Source: Ylistrum balloti (taxonomy: Eukaryota). Taken from it: DNA of 64,000 nucleotides. This document shows, one piece after another, positions 1 to 13,165 of this stretch. The notes under the pieces were generated by a model that worked only from the letters and a program-made list of their open reading frames with translations, had not been told where the DNA came from and did no database searches. How positions within the stretch are numbered: the stretch's first letter is position 1; each line of letters opens with the position of its first letter. The translations under genes were made by a program, and so were the position numbers. Location: positions 62,001 through 126,000 of the forward strand of contig NW_026782065.1 in assembly GCF_031769215.1 (NCBI RefSeq). The letters run 5' to 3'.

Positions 1-1020
1 CTGCTTTCCCTTTTCATAACCTACCCCCCTGCTTTCCCTTTTCATTACCAACCTACCTGCTTTCCCTTTCATAGCCTATTTAGCTGCTTTCCCTTTCATA
101 GCCTACTTACCTGCTTTCCCTTTCAAAGCCTACTTACCTGCTTTCCCTTTCAATGCCTACCTACCTTGGTTCCCTTTCGTAGCCTACCTACCTGCTTTCC
201 CTTTCAAAGCCAACTTACCTGCTTTCCCTTTCAATGCCTGCATTACCTGCTTTCACCCTCATAGCCTATTTAGCTGCTTTCCCTTCCCTAGCCTACCTAC
301 CTGCTTTCCCTTCTCCAGTCTACCTACCTGGTTTCCCTTCCCTAGCCTACCTACCTGCTTTCCCTTCCCTAGCCTACCTACCTGCTTTTCCTTCCCTAGC
401 CTACCTACCTGGTTTCCCTTCCCTAGCCTACCTACCTGGTTTCCCTTCCCTAGCCTACCTACCTGCTTTTCCTTCCCTAGCCTACCTACCTGCTTTTCCT
501 TCCCTAGCCTACCTACCTGCTTTCCCTTCCCCAGTCTACCTACCTGGTTTCCCTTCCCTAGCCTACCTACCTGCTTTCCCTTCCCTAGCCTACCTACCTG
601 GTTTCCCTTCCCTAGCCTACCTCCCTGCTTTTCCTTCCCCAGCCTACCTACCTGGTTTCCCTTCCCTAGCCTACCTACCTACTTTTCCTTCCCCAGTCTA
701 CCTACCTGGTTTCCCTTCCCTAGCCTACCTCCCTGCTTTTCCTTCCCCAGCCTACCTACCTGCTTTCCCTTCCCCAGTCTACCTACCTGGTTTCCCTTCC
801 CTAGCCTACCTACCTGCTTTTCCTTCCCTAGCCTACCTACCTGGTTTCCCTTCCCTAGCCTACCTACCTGCTTTTCCTTCCCTAGCCTACCTACCTGGTT
901 TCCCTTCCCTAGCCTACCTACCTGCTTTTCCTTCCCTAGCCTACCTACCTGGTTTCCCTTCCCTAGCCTACCTACCTGCTTTTCCTTCCCTAGCCTACTT
1001 ACCTGCTTTTCCTTCACCAG
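1..1020. repeat. 27-bp minisatellite (~37 copies, continues off the left edge) in the GTF3C1 intron after coding exon 8
   Basis: Unit CCTACCTACCTGCTTTCCCTTCCCTAG. On the minus strand it reads GAAGGAAAAGCAG|GTAGGTAGGCTAGG, i.e. the exon end plus the donor. It degenerates toward position 1. Confidence 0.95.
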
Positions 1021-4000
1021 ACAGGCCATTTCCTGTTGTTTCTGCTCCATCTTCCTCTTCCTCATCACCGCCTTCCTCCTCACTATCCTCCTTCTTCACC
1101 GAAGGATGCTGAATCATGGTGATTGTATGAATCATCTTCTCAGAAAGTCCATTTCTATAAAAATGGTTATTTCATCTGTTTTATTACTGCTTATCATTTT
1201 TGTGTGTCCTTGTTCACCTTGACTTATGTGCAATAAAGCACTGTGTGAAGTTAAATTAAAAATGAAACTACAAGAAAGCTGACAAGAATTTTCTGAAAAT
1301 ACTAGCAGTGGCCTCGACCCTGACCCTTCAACCCTAAAACTCAATCTTGCATGAGATAAAATGATCCTTTTATAAGTGAAGTTTGACCAAATCCCTCAAG
1401 GAATGATGCGTGCTGCCAAGGTAAACTAACATTATGTATATACTAACAGGGGCATTCCCTACTAAGGCATATAATCTGGTTTAGTGGCTACTATGGCACA
1501 GTCTGATGGAGAGGCTGCTATTGTACAAAGTGAAGAAAACTAACCCTATTGCACCATTCAAATGCCATCATTACAGTGCATATCTATGTACTTTTAATAT
1601 CAAGAATACTGTAATTGATCAAGTTTAAACAGAAGAGAGAATCTAAAGAACGTTTACAGTGTGATAATGAAAGTTATATTCACAAGTTTACAGCACTACT
1701 CTTCACTTAAATGTTGGAACATGAACACATAAAAGCATTCAACAAATTATACATGTTCATTTATAAGAAATATATGACAATGCATGTCCCCTCTTGAAAT
1801 ACCTTACCACACAGTACATATCCCCTCTTGTGATACTATAAAAGAAGGTATATATCCCCTGTTATGATATAATAAAAGAAGCTACATGTCCCCCTCCTGT
1901 GACACAATAACAGAAGGTACATGTCCCCTCCTGTGACACAATAACAGAAGGTACATGTCCAATCCTGTGACACAATAACAGAAGGTACATGTCTCCTCCT
2001 GTGACACAATAACAGAAGGTACATGTCTCCTCCTGTGACACAATAACAGATGGTACATATCCCCTCCTGTAATACAATAACAGAAGGTGCATGTCTCCTC
2101 CTGTGATACAATAACAGAAGGTACATGTCCCCTCCTGTAACACAATAACAGAAGGTACATGTCTCCTCCTGTGACACAATAACAAAAGGTACATGTCCCC
2201 TCCTGTGACACAATACCAGAAGCTACATGTCTCCTTCTGTGATACAATCACAGAAGGTACATGTCTCCTCCTGTGACACAATAACAGATGGTACATATCC
2301 CCTCCTGTAATACAATAACAGAAGGAGCATGTCTCTTCCTGTGATACAATAACAGAAGGTACATGTCCCCTCCTGTAACACAATAACAGAAGGTACATGT
2401 CTCCTCCTGTGACACAATAACAGAAGGTACATGTCCCCTCCTGTGACACAATAACAGAAGGTACATGTCTCCTCCTGTGACACAATAACAGAAGGTACAT
2501 ATCCCCTCCTGTGACACAATAACAGAAGGTACATTTCCCCTCTTCTGATACAATAACAGAAGGTACTTGTCCACCCTTGTGATACACTACCTCATGTTTT
2601 CAGTAACCATACCAGATGTACTTACTTGCACATATACTCTTCCTCTGTAGCCTCGGGATAAACTTCTCGATAAGGAAACTTGTCAGCACGCAAGAAATTT
2701 GGATAGCTGTTGTATAACTTTTTAAATAAGGTTGCATCCACTTCCTACAAAGAGCAAAGAGTGACAAATCAATCTGCGCTGTAAATTAAAGTAAATAGCT
2801 CAATCAGTGCTCAGACTTGTAATTAATAGCTCATTCAGCACTCAGATTTTAAATAAATAAAATGCTCAAACTGGTTGTAAATTTCATCAGAGCTCAAACT
2901 AGTGGTATAATAGGTCAATCGATATTCAGTCTTTTAGTAATAAAGTACAGTCAATGACAGGAAAAAATCTTCTTGCTACATGCATCAGCAAATAAAGTTT
3001 ACACCAAATAAAAACAAAGAAAGAAATAGTTCACCATATTTTTTTTCATTCTTCAGGCTTTAATCAATACAAAAGTTTTTACTGTGGTTAGATCCCTTTA
3101 GAGTGGCCTTAACAAACACTGAAAAAAATTATAACCTTATTACAGGGAATCTATCCAATTACAAACTCAACATACCAGGCGTTCACGTACAGTACCAGCA
3201 ACATCTCGGTGATTAGGACGACCAGACAGGTAGTTGCAAGCCTGCAGCAACAGTATACTGTACTTGGACCGAATCTCTTTATAAAACCGTTCCAAGTGGA
3301 AAATTCGTCGAATCTGCTGCTTGTGTTTTACATCAACGACTGTCAAACTCTGTAATACAAACATACAGTAAAACAACCAGAACATGTCAGCCCACAATGT
3401 CTGGACATTGGACAGTATCAAAAACACATAATTGTAAAACTGAGGAAAAACAAAGGCTTTGTTTCTCATTATTCCCACCTAATTACAGCTCAATGGCACC
3501 AGTGGAACTGAATAAGTTTCAACGTGTTTAGAAGATGGCTGTCATGGCAAAAATATTTTATTTCAGACAGACATGAAAATTAACAACACTTCGTCCTGAT
3601 TATCTCAATATCATTTCAGCAAAGTTTAAGGTGAATATAACAGGTAGAACTTTGGGAACACACTTAAAATTGGTGTTGTTCAGAGAAACCATGATTGCAC
3701 AATCATGTGCTTTGACAAAGACGGAAAACATTTTGGCACTACAAGAACTGCAGAAGAAGTTTAAAATATATTTTTGAGATGGCACCCATATTCGATTTCT
3801 GACCAACCCCAAAAAATAACAACTTAAATTTAGTCAGGACCATCTCGGAATCATTTTAGGCAAGTTTGAATTGAATTTTACAGGTGGAACCCAAGAGGAA
3901 TTTTAAAATGTGAAAAGCTCACCCTTTAGGTCAGATGACCTCAAAACTTAGTAGAATTACAGATATTCTTCAGACTTAATCGATGAATATTTTACTTGCT

Positions 4001-7000
4001 AATTTAGAAAACTATTGCTACACTGATTTTTTTCTTTGAGACTTACCTATTTCTACACAACATTAATAACTTACCTGTTTTTTTATCAGACCTAATTTGA
4101 CCAGATTTTTCGTGTGGTAGAATATGGTTTTGGGCGGCATGTTAAAGATCTGTAAGCTGAGTGGACCAACAGACATACAGCCATTGAATCGTGACCTAAA
4201 ATAATACAAAAGCTTATCATAACTCAATATAATGTAACTGCCATTTTAAGTCTATTTTAACACTCTATAAGGAGACAAAAGGTTAAACATAGCACCCTCT
4301 CTTTGACTGGTTCCAGAAAATGAGTGCTGTTCTGACAGTACATTTGCGATTTGATCACACTTTTAGCAAATGGTTCATAAGTGAATTGTCAGAAATGCTG
4401 TAGTGAAGACATCAGGCCACTTTTACTGGACAATGGAAAGAGACATTTTTCAGCAATCACATTTTTGCATGTTATTAATTCAATGATTGTCTTTGTTTAA
4501 ATCATACTTGTCTAATACTATTGAATAATTTATTGAATGATCTTCACTGAAATAGTTTATCAGCTTTACTTGTTTATAAAAATATCTCTAAATCTTAATC
4601 AAAATTAATCAAAATCGATTGAAATTAATGCAATTTACTGACATAAAAAATTACTGGATTCTTCAAATGACATTACATGTATAACACAAACAATTAACAT
4701 TGCTTTCAGGGTTTACATTTAAGTATTGCATTACTGTCTAACATGAGTTCATGTTGACAAAATGACTCCTGTATACAGATGGAATGGTTTTTAAGGTAAG
4801 ACCAATCCCAGAATACCCTGTATATAAGTGGAAAGCTTCAGAAAATGACAGAAAGTACAGCACTTGCTTTTTCATGTTGATGCATTCCCAGCTTTATAAC
4901 ATTATCAAACTGATTTCAACCAAAGCCCCTTCAAAAGAAAGTTGAAACATTTCATTCTCCGATTGATTTTGGTGACGCCCGTCTTGGTAAACACGGACAA
5001 CTAAGCTAGACACTAATGAGTAGTTTGATAAAAACAGCACCCGAGTACCTTCCAATCCTCTCAAGAATACAGTAAGCATGAAGCATGTTGGACCAGTTGT
5101 GACTGGGATCATACAGTGGTCCACATATTGCATTCTCTCGCAGCTCCTGGGAAGCTACAATCACCAGTTTCTCACCCCATCTGTTTGAAGAAATTATTAC
5201 TGTCAGAAACATAGCATACAACATACATGATAAGAGGTCCAAGGAAATTGAAAGTCACCTGTGTTACAATTCTGGTATTGTTCTTCTTGCATATATCATA
5301 GAAATAATCTTGTTAGCAAAGACAACATGAACTTTATTGTACACATAATGCAAATGTAAAAACTATGCATAACATTATTCAAAAATGACAACTCTCATAT
5401 ATAAAGTGAATTGTATCCCATCCCCAGGGAAAAAGTGAGTCATGAAATTGACTATTTTAGTCAGACCCTTCAATCCATAAAGAGCATTTGGTTCTACCAC
5501 AACTGAGTCTTTTTTTAAATTTTAGTCCATTTGAAACCTTTTAACCACACTCATCAGCCTTTCCAGGTCAACCAAGGTCAATATGTGCATACTGGAAAGG
5601 TCAACCAAGGTCAATATGTGCATACTATCAAACTGTACCAAAAATTCTATACTTTTAATTATTTCTGATGATTGAGACCCTAAAGTCATGAAATTAACAA
5701 TTTTTGTAAAGCAACTAAGAACATCCATGAAGAGAGTTTGAATCTACCAAACCTGGGTGTTGAGATTTTTGTAATTTCAGGCATTTTTACACCTTTTGGC
5801 TGTGCCCCTCAGGCCCCTGCGGTGGAAACTATGCAATTTACAATTTGGTTCAAATTTGACTAAAAAACTTTCTGCAAAATTTCATTGAATTCAGTTCTGG
5901 TGTTTTCCAGCAGAAGCCAAAAATCTTAGAAATTTATGAAGCACAAAAAAAAAGCAATTTCCATAGGTACATCATGAGATTTTGTCTCAAATGACAATAA
6001 AATATGGCAATTCACTAATAGATCTGAAAATATATTGATAACTGTTGTAATTCCTGTTACTATAAAATAATGTTTCTCTCACAAATGGTCAATTCTTACA
6101 ATTGATGTAGAACAATGTATAAGAATACTGAATACTTGTTTCATATAAAATTCTTACTGATAAATTAATCCAGGAGATGATTAGATGTTCTTTCCAAACC
6201 AATTGTGTTTCTCTACAATTAATACTGATCTAACCACTAACCATAGTCCTGTGACTGGAACATTAAATGGTGGCCAGCGTGAGAACTGTCAAATCTCACC
6301 CATGAGAGATCTTTCTGTGACTTATCAAAGAAGAACATTGTGATAATGATGGTCCAGGGGTCTAGGGATAGTGTTAGATTATACGATTATTTTTAAGGCA
6401 TTAGACATACTTTGAAATTACCCTAACACAAACCAAAATTAGATAGACCCCCTCCTTTTCCTTTGAGCTTCTGGACATGTTTCAACACTAGGGTTAAGAT
6501 AAGGCATTATTAGGCCCTGGAACCATCTACAAAACCTAGTATAATCAAACAATCACTGCTACAGATGGTTCCACCCCACTGGAGGAGATGCAGGTCGCCC
6601 CCACACGTCACCAGAACACTGACGTTCATCAGTTAGACGATACCCAGAGAAAAAAGGAATCCCTAAACCCAATAATGACATAGTTCTGGTTGCTGGTAAC
6701 CAACAACATTACACCATATACTGTCTAATTTCTGTTCTATAGATTCCCAAAACATTTAACCCTATACTGAAATATTTCTGATCTGTGGTAACCAACAACA
6801 CTAAACCCTATACTCACTTATTTCTGGCCTCCTCCAATGTTACAGCAGATCTTTTCTCGTCTGCTTTCACCAAAGTTGTTATATTTGTGCGTGTGTCAAA
6901 TGTCGAGCATGATCCATAAACACCATCTTGACCTATGATGTCGATAGGGTAGATATCTTCTGGAACTTGTTCCTGTAAATATAAACATATTGAAACCAAG

Positions 7001-8768
7001 GAAGATAAAAAATTCTCCTTAAATTTTGTATTTAGCAATAAACATTGTAGCTGCATAATTCTTTATCTGTGGCCTTACTTAAGAGTATTTCAAACAAAAC
7101 TTCTTTTCTTTAATCAAAATTGGGCATTCCTGTTCAAAATAATTTGTTGTCTACCATTGTTATTTTCCCATAGGCACCAATATTAATGACTGTCCAATTC
7201 ATCCCAACTAATAGCTATGGATTGCTTGTTTGTTTCCTAAGTTTATCAACATAGCATCAGCCAGGATCATTTTTAGACTGGATCTTCTTGTAGAAGTTGT
7301 TGGCTTCCTCACTGAAATACATACAGGAGGCCCGTCACATAGCATTAAAAAAACTGAGGTTAAGTATTTTGCCTATGGACACAACCATAACAGCACAGAA
7401 CAGTCCCGATTTCAGCTTTCTGTAAACTCAACCTGTCTCAAGTACTAGGGAGAAAACCTAGACATTGGATATACAGTCACACAAATATTCAATGCTCTAC
7501 CAAATTAATTTTACCTTCAACAATAAGGAGTGACATTATGTGTTAACACATTAACAAAAAACATAGTCACATGATATTCCTTTTAACGTAATGATACCTA
7601 TTTACACTATACTTACCAATTCTATCAGTCGTCCAGAATCAGGATCAAAGGACTCCAAGCTATTGTAAATAACTAGTGGAGGCCGTGGCTCAGGGATTTC
7701 ATAATATTCTAAGCCATGCAATGTGACAAGACACCGCCATAGGTATGCCTTCGACTTGTCTGTCAGTTTGATGGAGAAGTTCTGTCTCCTGGATAATCTC
7801 ACCCATAGGGACTCAATACTTATTCCTGAAAATTAAATAAAAACAAGATTGTTAAAAGGAAATTAATTTATATTGTACATGATTCTAAAAATTAAAGCAT
7901 TAATATGTTATAAAATTATATCATATAGCTCAACATTGAATTCAATGGTGTTTTTTACATGTACCTGGAAATATTAACTATATATGCTTAAATCTATGAT
8001 TTGGTGATTTCTTCAGATACCATATATAAATAAAAAGATCTATTGGATACAAGCTTTTAAGCTAGACACCACACAGTTGTGTGAGAATACAATATACTGT
8101 AGTAATACACATCATAATATGTAAGAAATGAAGACAAGATCAATTAAGTGTCACCTATAAATATACTCTAACAACGTTAAATATACATAAGACAAGAAAC
8201 TTGTATGACAGGTGCCTGTAAACATTACAGTCAGCATAAAATAACATGATGATAATTGATCTGCCTCCTCATGTCATACTTTTATACCATGGTTATACCA
8301 TATCTTAACCTTCTCACAAGGACCCAAGAATTAATTACAACTACCTAACATTTGAGAGTTATATCAAATGACAGTCATGACCTGTAATCTAAACTGGTTA
8401 GTGATAATAATCACCGACCTATTCTAGCCAAGTATCAATTCTTGCTAATATATACCAGCTAAACGTACAATGGCAAGAATAGGTTAGCAACTTCTATACA
8501 ACTAATATGGTATCAAACTATAATTTTTTTAGCTCATTCATGTTATAAAAGAAGTTTGACAAAGAAATCAGAGAATTGCATACTTCACATAAATGCAGAG
8601 ACAAGTAAAGAATCAATCATGTATGTTGACCAATGTTCATATTTTACTTTCATCTGAACAGTTATAGCATTCATCTTATGATCAATGGAGTTAGTGATGT
8701 GATTTCATACCATCCAAACCTTCCAATGCAATCTCATCCCTGATGGCTCCTAAAAAATCTGTATCCAT
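1003..8768 (-). CDS. GTF3C1: General transcription factor IIIC subunit 1 (TFIIIC B-box binding subunit), 5' part; downstream exons lie beyond the left edge
   Basis: Coding exons 8768-8711, 7825-7617, 6972-6818, 5180-5049, 4195-4075, 3349-3176, 2744-2626, 1154-1003, all GT/AG with matching phases. Translation MDTDFLGAIRDEIALEGLDGISIESLWVRL...EDIYPI...GSC...WGEKLVIVASQELR...YCILERIGRSR...RSKYSILL matches recalled human GTF3C1 (MDALESLLDEVALEGLDG...WGKKLIIVASQAMR...YCILERLGRSRW...RSKYDIL). Confidence 0.93.
1790..2590. repeat. 34-bp minisatellite (~23 copies) in a GTF3C1 intron
   Basis: Unit TGTGACACAATAACAGAAGGTACATGTCTCCTCC. It accounts for the overlapping ORFs at 1836-2587, which cycle through the frames. 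Confidence 0.95.
3480..3946 (+). mobile_element. Degraded HINE/Helentron-type non-autonomous element fragment
   Basis: Internal units with CAAGATGGC and AAAATAACAACACTT motifs. Ends in CCCTTTAGGTCAGATGACCTCAAAA, resembling the 3' hairpin end of the element at 13420-15572. A related copy is at ~31010-31450. Confidence 0.6.
5530..5930. mobile_element. Degraded HINE-like repeat fragment
   Basis: Duplicated GTCAACCAAGGTCAATATGTGCATACT and motifs (GGCCCCT, AATTTGGTTCAAATTTG, GAAGCC) resembling the core units of the other HINEs. Confidence 0.4.
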
Positions 8769-9244
8769 CTTGCTCAATTCAAATTGTCTGAAAATTGAAT
8801 GATCAACAATTGAATAGTGTTGTTTACAAAAACTAAGGATGTATTGAAATACATTTCGTCCTGAATCATAGTAAGTGATCACAGTTTTGAAATGAGCGGT
8901 TACTATTATCACAAAATAACAAAATATTGAATACATAAACATTCAACAAATTAATATCAACATCGAATCCATACGACCATAGTCCGATGTCCCTTGCAGG
9001 ATACGAAGATAGGGTTAGTTACAGTAAACTGCTGAGTAATAAATTTTGATCTCTCTGCATAAATATTGGTAAATCGTTTCTATTTCTCACTGTATTTGCA
9101 TAGATAGTTGATAGGGACCATAAATGGTAATTTTCTTCACAGTGACAGTTTCAGCATGGCAATGTTTTCATGTATGGCGCCATATTGCACAGTTCGGTAT
9201 CTCTCTTTTGTGCAGAAAATTCAGAAGAGTTCCGGAGTAATATT

Positions 9245-9256
9245 TTTCGCGCGAAA
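9245..9256. promoter_or_regulatory. Palindromic double E2F site upstream of the GTF3C1 start codon
   Basis: Perfect 12-bp palindrome TTTCGCGCGAAA, matching the TTTSSCGC E2F consensus on both strands, in a CpG-richer patch ~480 bp 5' of the ATG. Confidence 0.55.
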
Positions 9257-9949
9257 CTGTGGTACAGATAAACTCGTGCAGATATTATTAATTTCTTCCG
9301 TAGCCTACTGAAAACATGATTGAAACGTCTGCCATGCTGGGAAATTCATTGTTATCGCCACCTGAGTAATTAATAACTTGCTACCTTGTAATATAAATTA
9401 TCTTTACATTTATATTTGTAGGTCCAGAGACATATTATAACGTTATATATGTCTCCAGAATTGGTAGGTCTTCTGTCAGCAACTGAACGTGTAACTTGCT
9501 TGAAAAATAAATCATAACTATTTTTAATTATTTTTATTTTTTTTTAAATGCCTAATAGCGACTACCGACGATTTATTTTTTAAAGGATAGAAGAGGTTTT
9601 CCAGTCGTACCTTACACATACATCTACATACATAACAACGTCACATAACTTCGGAATCTATGGAGGAGGCCTGCTTGTGAATGTAAACTATAAACGATGC
9701 AGGAGTACTAAAAACTGCAGAAATATAAAGATAACAGTTAGTGAAATTAAATGAAATCGAAAACTTAAGTAACAAGATAACGGAATTGAAATATTTTAAG
9801 GGGAAACAGTTTCAGGTAATAAGGAGAAAGCTTATTAATTACTGGACAGTTTGAACAGCGATCCTGACCATGACTTCAGATAACAACCGTGCATTATAAC
9901 ATATCCGTGAAAATTAATAAAGCTTAATCTTCTTTCAACCCATTAATGC

Positions 9950-10180
9950 AAGAAACTTGCCAGAACAACGGACAAGAATTACTTAAAATCTTAATTCACA
10001 TGGTCAACATTGGTCATCCAACAGGTATTACTCAAAGCATTTGATACAGTTATTTGTCACAAGAAATTTAGGAGGTACGACCTATGTTGGAGAATATAAC
10101 ACGGACTCGGGATCTGTTAACAGTGTGCCAACAGCACGTTTTTGTGCATGAAACTAAATCTGACACTGAATGTACCAATG
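9950..10180 (+). mobile_element. Highly degraded non-LTR retrotransposon RT fragment
   Basis: Frameshifted remnants LKAFDTV...RDLLTVCQQHVFVHETKSD...VT resemble the RT motifs KAFDxV and WIxxFLxxRxQxVxV. It breaks off just before the expected SGVPQG, where the 41-bp array begins. Confidence 0.5.
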
Positions 10181-10181
10181 T

Positions 10182-10500
10182 AACGTGGAATGACTGATAA
10201 TTCAGACAGGGTACAGGTGGAACGTGGAATGACTTTGATCAATCAGACAAAGTACATGTGGAACGTGAAATAACGTTGTTGAATAAGACAAGGAACGGAT
10301 TTAACGTGGAATGACTTTGATAAATCAGACAGGGTACAGGTGGAACGTGAAATAACGTTGTTGAATAAGACAAGGAACGGTTGGAAAGTGGAATGACTTT
10401 GATAAATCAGACAGGGTACCGGTGAAACGTGGAACAACTTTGTTAAATAGGACAATGTACCGGTGGAACATGGAATTACTTTGTCAATCAGACAGGGTAT
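10182..10500 (+). repeat. 41-bp satellite, left arm (~8 monomers)
   Basis: Unit AACGTGGAATGACTTTGATAAATCAGACAGGGTACAGGTGG, the reverse complement of the array at 12140-13165. Confidence 0.85.
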
Positions 10501-10584
10501 AAAATATAAAGCAGTTAAAAATATAAATTGCTAAATTTTTGTCAATAAATACAGCAAAAACTCAGTTTTTGCATTCAAATACCG

Positions 10585-10850
10585 TCAGTAAGCAACAGCA
10601 AACAGCAGCAAAACAGAAGCAAATAACAACAAGCAGCAGAAAACAACAGCAAATAGCAATGAACGGCAGCAAACAACAAGAAAACAGCAGCAAACAGTAG
10701 CAAAATATTTGCAAAACAACAGCACGTAACAACAAACAACAGCAAAGAACAACAAATAGCAGCAAACAGTATCAAAACAACATCACATAACAACAAACAA
10801 TAGCAAATAACAAACAGCAGTAAAAAAAACGACAGCAAAACAGCAGCAAA
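10585..10850. repeat. Degenerate AAC/AGC (AACAGC) microsatellite
   Basis: Low-complexity run of CAGCAA/AACAGC. It produces the spurious LLLF/CC ORFs at 10562-10991. Confidence 0.85.
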
Positions 10851-11471
10851 GAGCAGATTTTTTTGTCTGCTGCATATTTTGAAAAATAAATAATAAAAAT
10901 GCAATTTTGTAAGTGAAGAATCAAGAATCAACGCGTCAGTCGAAATAATCTCTACCACAGCCAAAAACATCAATGACGTCGTCAAAACCAACCCGTCAGT
11001 CGAATTACATAATTTACTATAGTTAAAACATCAATGATGTCGTCAAAACCAACCCGACAGTCTTTGGTTGAGAGTTGCTTAAGGCAGCCATATGTTTTTT
11101 TCGTTTCATAGATGGGAGCAACCCCCATCCACATTATATCATCGTGGGTCAATATTGTTATGCAAGACATTTTATACGAAAAACATTTATTAAGCCAGTT
11201 AGTGTCAAGAGGTATTTTTATTACCAAACAAGAGCAAATCTAAATCACGAGGTACTTGTAAACCGTTTAATAATCTATCAAAGAGGACGTTTCTATCAAC
11301 ATCGTAACGACAACACTCAAACAAAAGTGACAGATATTCTCACATATATGTCCACGAGTACAGCTGGGGTTTCAGCAAGGCTCGTGACGGAAAGAAAGAG
11401 GAACTTGGTGATGATGATCTTCAATATTGATGGAAGTCTTTAATCATTTTGAATATCGTACCTCATCTAAC

Positions 11472-11635
11472 ACAGCAGAGGGAAGTAAGGAAGACAAGCA
11501 GAGGGAAGAACGAAAGACAAACAGAGGGAAGTAAGAAAGACAAGCAGAGGGAAAAACGGAAGACAAGCAGAGGGAAAACGGAAGACAAACAGAGGGTAAA
11601 AGGGAAGACAAGCAGATGGAAGAAGGGAAGGGAGA
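11472..11635. repeat. ~23-bp purine-rich tandem repeat (~7 copies)
   Basis: Unit GCAGAGGGAAGTAAGGAAGACAA with variants. Confidence 0.85.
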
Positions 11636-12139
11636 TGGCTTGAGATTTGAGTGTTATCCATCTTACAAAAGTTAGGTACATGGCTGGCATTCATTCCCAA
11701 CGATGTGGTGCTCACCTTACCTTGATTGTCTATCCCATGGGGGAAAATGTAGCTCTTGAGGTCCGGTTATTTCTTTGTAAATTGTCAGAAAAAAATCCTG
11801 AAACATTCCAGTCACCTTAAAATATTCTTTAGAGTGACATGACTTCTGTCGAAGAAGACTCTGAAACCTACATTTCTCCTCGTCTACTTGTTTAATCAAC
11901 GTTGTTATTTAATCACATACGACACCCGTATGTTGTTGACACCAATATATGTACATTTTGATGTATTACACCGTAGTTGTCAACCTTCTGACCGTTAACT
12001 TTGTACGCCGCATTGTATTACGAATATCTGATTCTTCGTCTACATTGGTTTTCCCCAGCAATGTCATCCACGAATAATTTGCTGTTGCACTTACTCTGAA
12101 AAGCCATTCATGTAGATAAAAATAGGATGGATATTCTAT

Positions 12140-13165
12140 GTTCCACCGTTAACATGTCTGATTTATCAAAATCATTCCAGGTTCCACCTGTACCTTGGCT
12201 AATTAATCGAAGCCATTCCACATTCCAGCGGTACCTTGTCTGATATATCAAACTCATTTCACATTCCACCTGTACCTTGTCTGATTTATCAAAATCATTC
12301 CAGGTTCCACCTGTACCTTGGCTAATTAATCGAAGCCATTCCACATTCCAGCGGTACCTTGTCTGATATATCAAACTCATTTCACATTCCACCTGTACCT
12401 TGTCTGATTTATCAAAATCATTCCAGGTTCCACCTGTACCTTGGCTAATTAATCGAAGCCATTCCACATTCCAGCGGTACCTTGTCTGATATATCAAACT
12501 CATTTCACATTCCACCTGTACCTTGTCTGATTTATCAAAATCATTCCAGGTTCCACCTGTACCTTGGCTAATTAATCGAAGCCATTCCACATTCCAGCGG
12601 TACCTTGTCTGATATATCAAACTCATTTCACATTCCACCTGTACCTTGTCTGATTTATCAAAATTATTCCAGGTTCCACCTGTACCTTGGCTAATTAATC
12701 GAAGCCATTCCACATTCCAGCGGTACCTTGTCTGATATATCAAACTCGTTTCACATTCCACCTGTACCTTGTCTGATTTATCAAAATCATTCCAGGTTCC
12801 ACCTGTACCTTGGCTAATTAATCGAAGCCATTCCACATTCCAGCGGTACCTTGTCTGATATATCAAACTCATTTCACATTCCACCTGTACCTTGTCTGAT
12901 TTATCAAAATCATTCCAGGTTCCACCTGTACCTTGGCTAATTAATCGAAGCCATTCCACATTCCAGCGATACTTGTCTGATTGATCAAAGTCATTCCATG
13001 TTCTACCTATATCTTGTCTTATTTAACAAACTTATTTCACATTCCACCGGTACCCTGTCTGATTTATCAAAGTCATTCCACGTTCCACCGGTACCCTGTC
13101 TGATTTATCAAAGTCATTCCATGTTCCACCGGTACCTTGTCTGATTTATCAAAGTCATTCCACAT
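12140..13165 (-). repeat. 41-bp satellite, right arm, with a homogenised 123-bp (3x41) higher-order repeat
   Basis: About 7 near-identical 123-bp trimers (the 41-aa repeat in ORF 12108-12959) plus terminal monomers, inverted relative to 10182-10500. Confidence 0.9.

Noticed and set aside
234-1112. 292-aa Pro/Leu repeat ORF (+) and its 134-aa antisense partner
   Set aside because: Translation of the 27-bp minisatellite. It overlaps a real minus-strand GTF3C1 exon and intron.
1836-2587. Five overlapping Cys/His-rich ORFs resembling zinc fingers
   Set aside because: Artefact of a 34-bp repeat cycling through the frames inside an intron.
11472-11635. Possible fourth donor-seeded repeat (GAGGGAA|GTAAGG)
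   Set aside because: No verifiable exon upstream (the frame has stops), so it was not counted.
12108-12959. 283-aa ORF with perfect 41-aa repeats
   Set aside because: Read-through of the 123-bp higher-order satellite. Copies are identical at the DNA level, with no synonymous variation and no unique domains.
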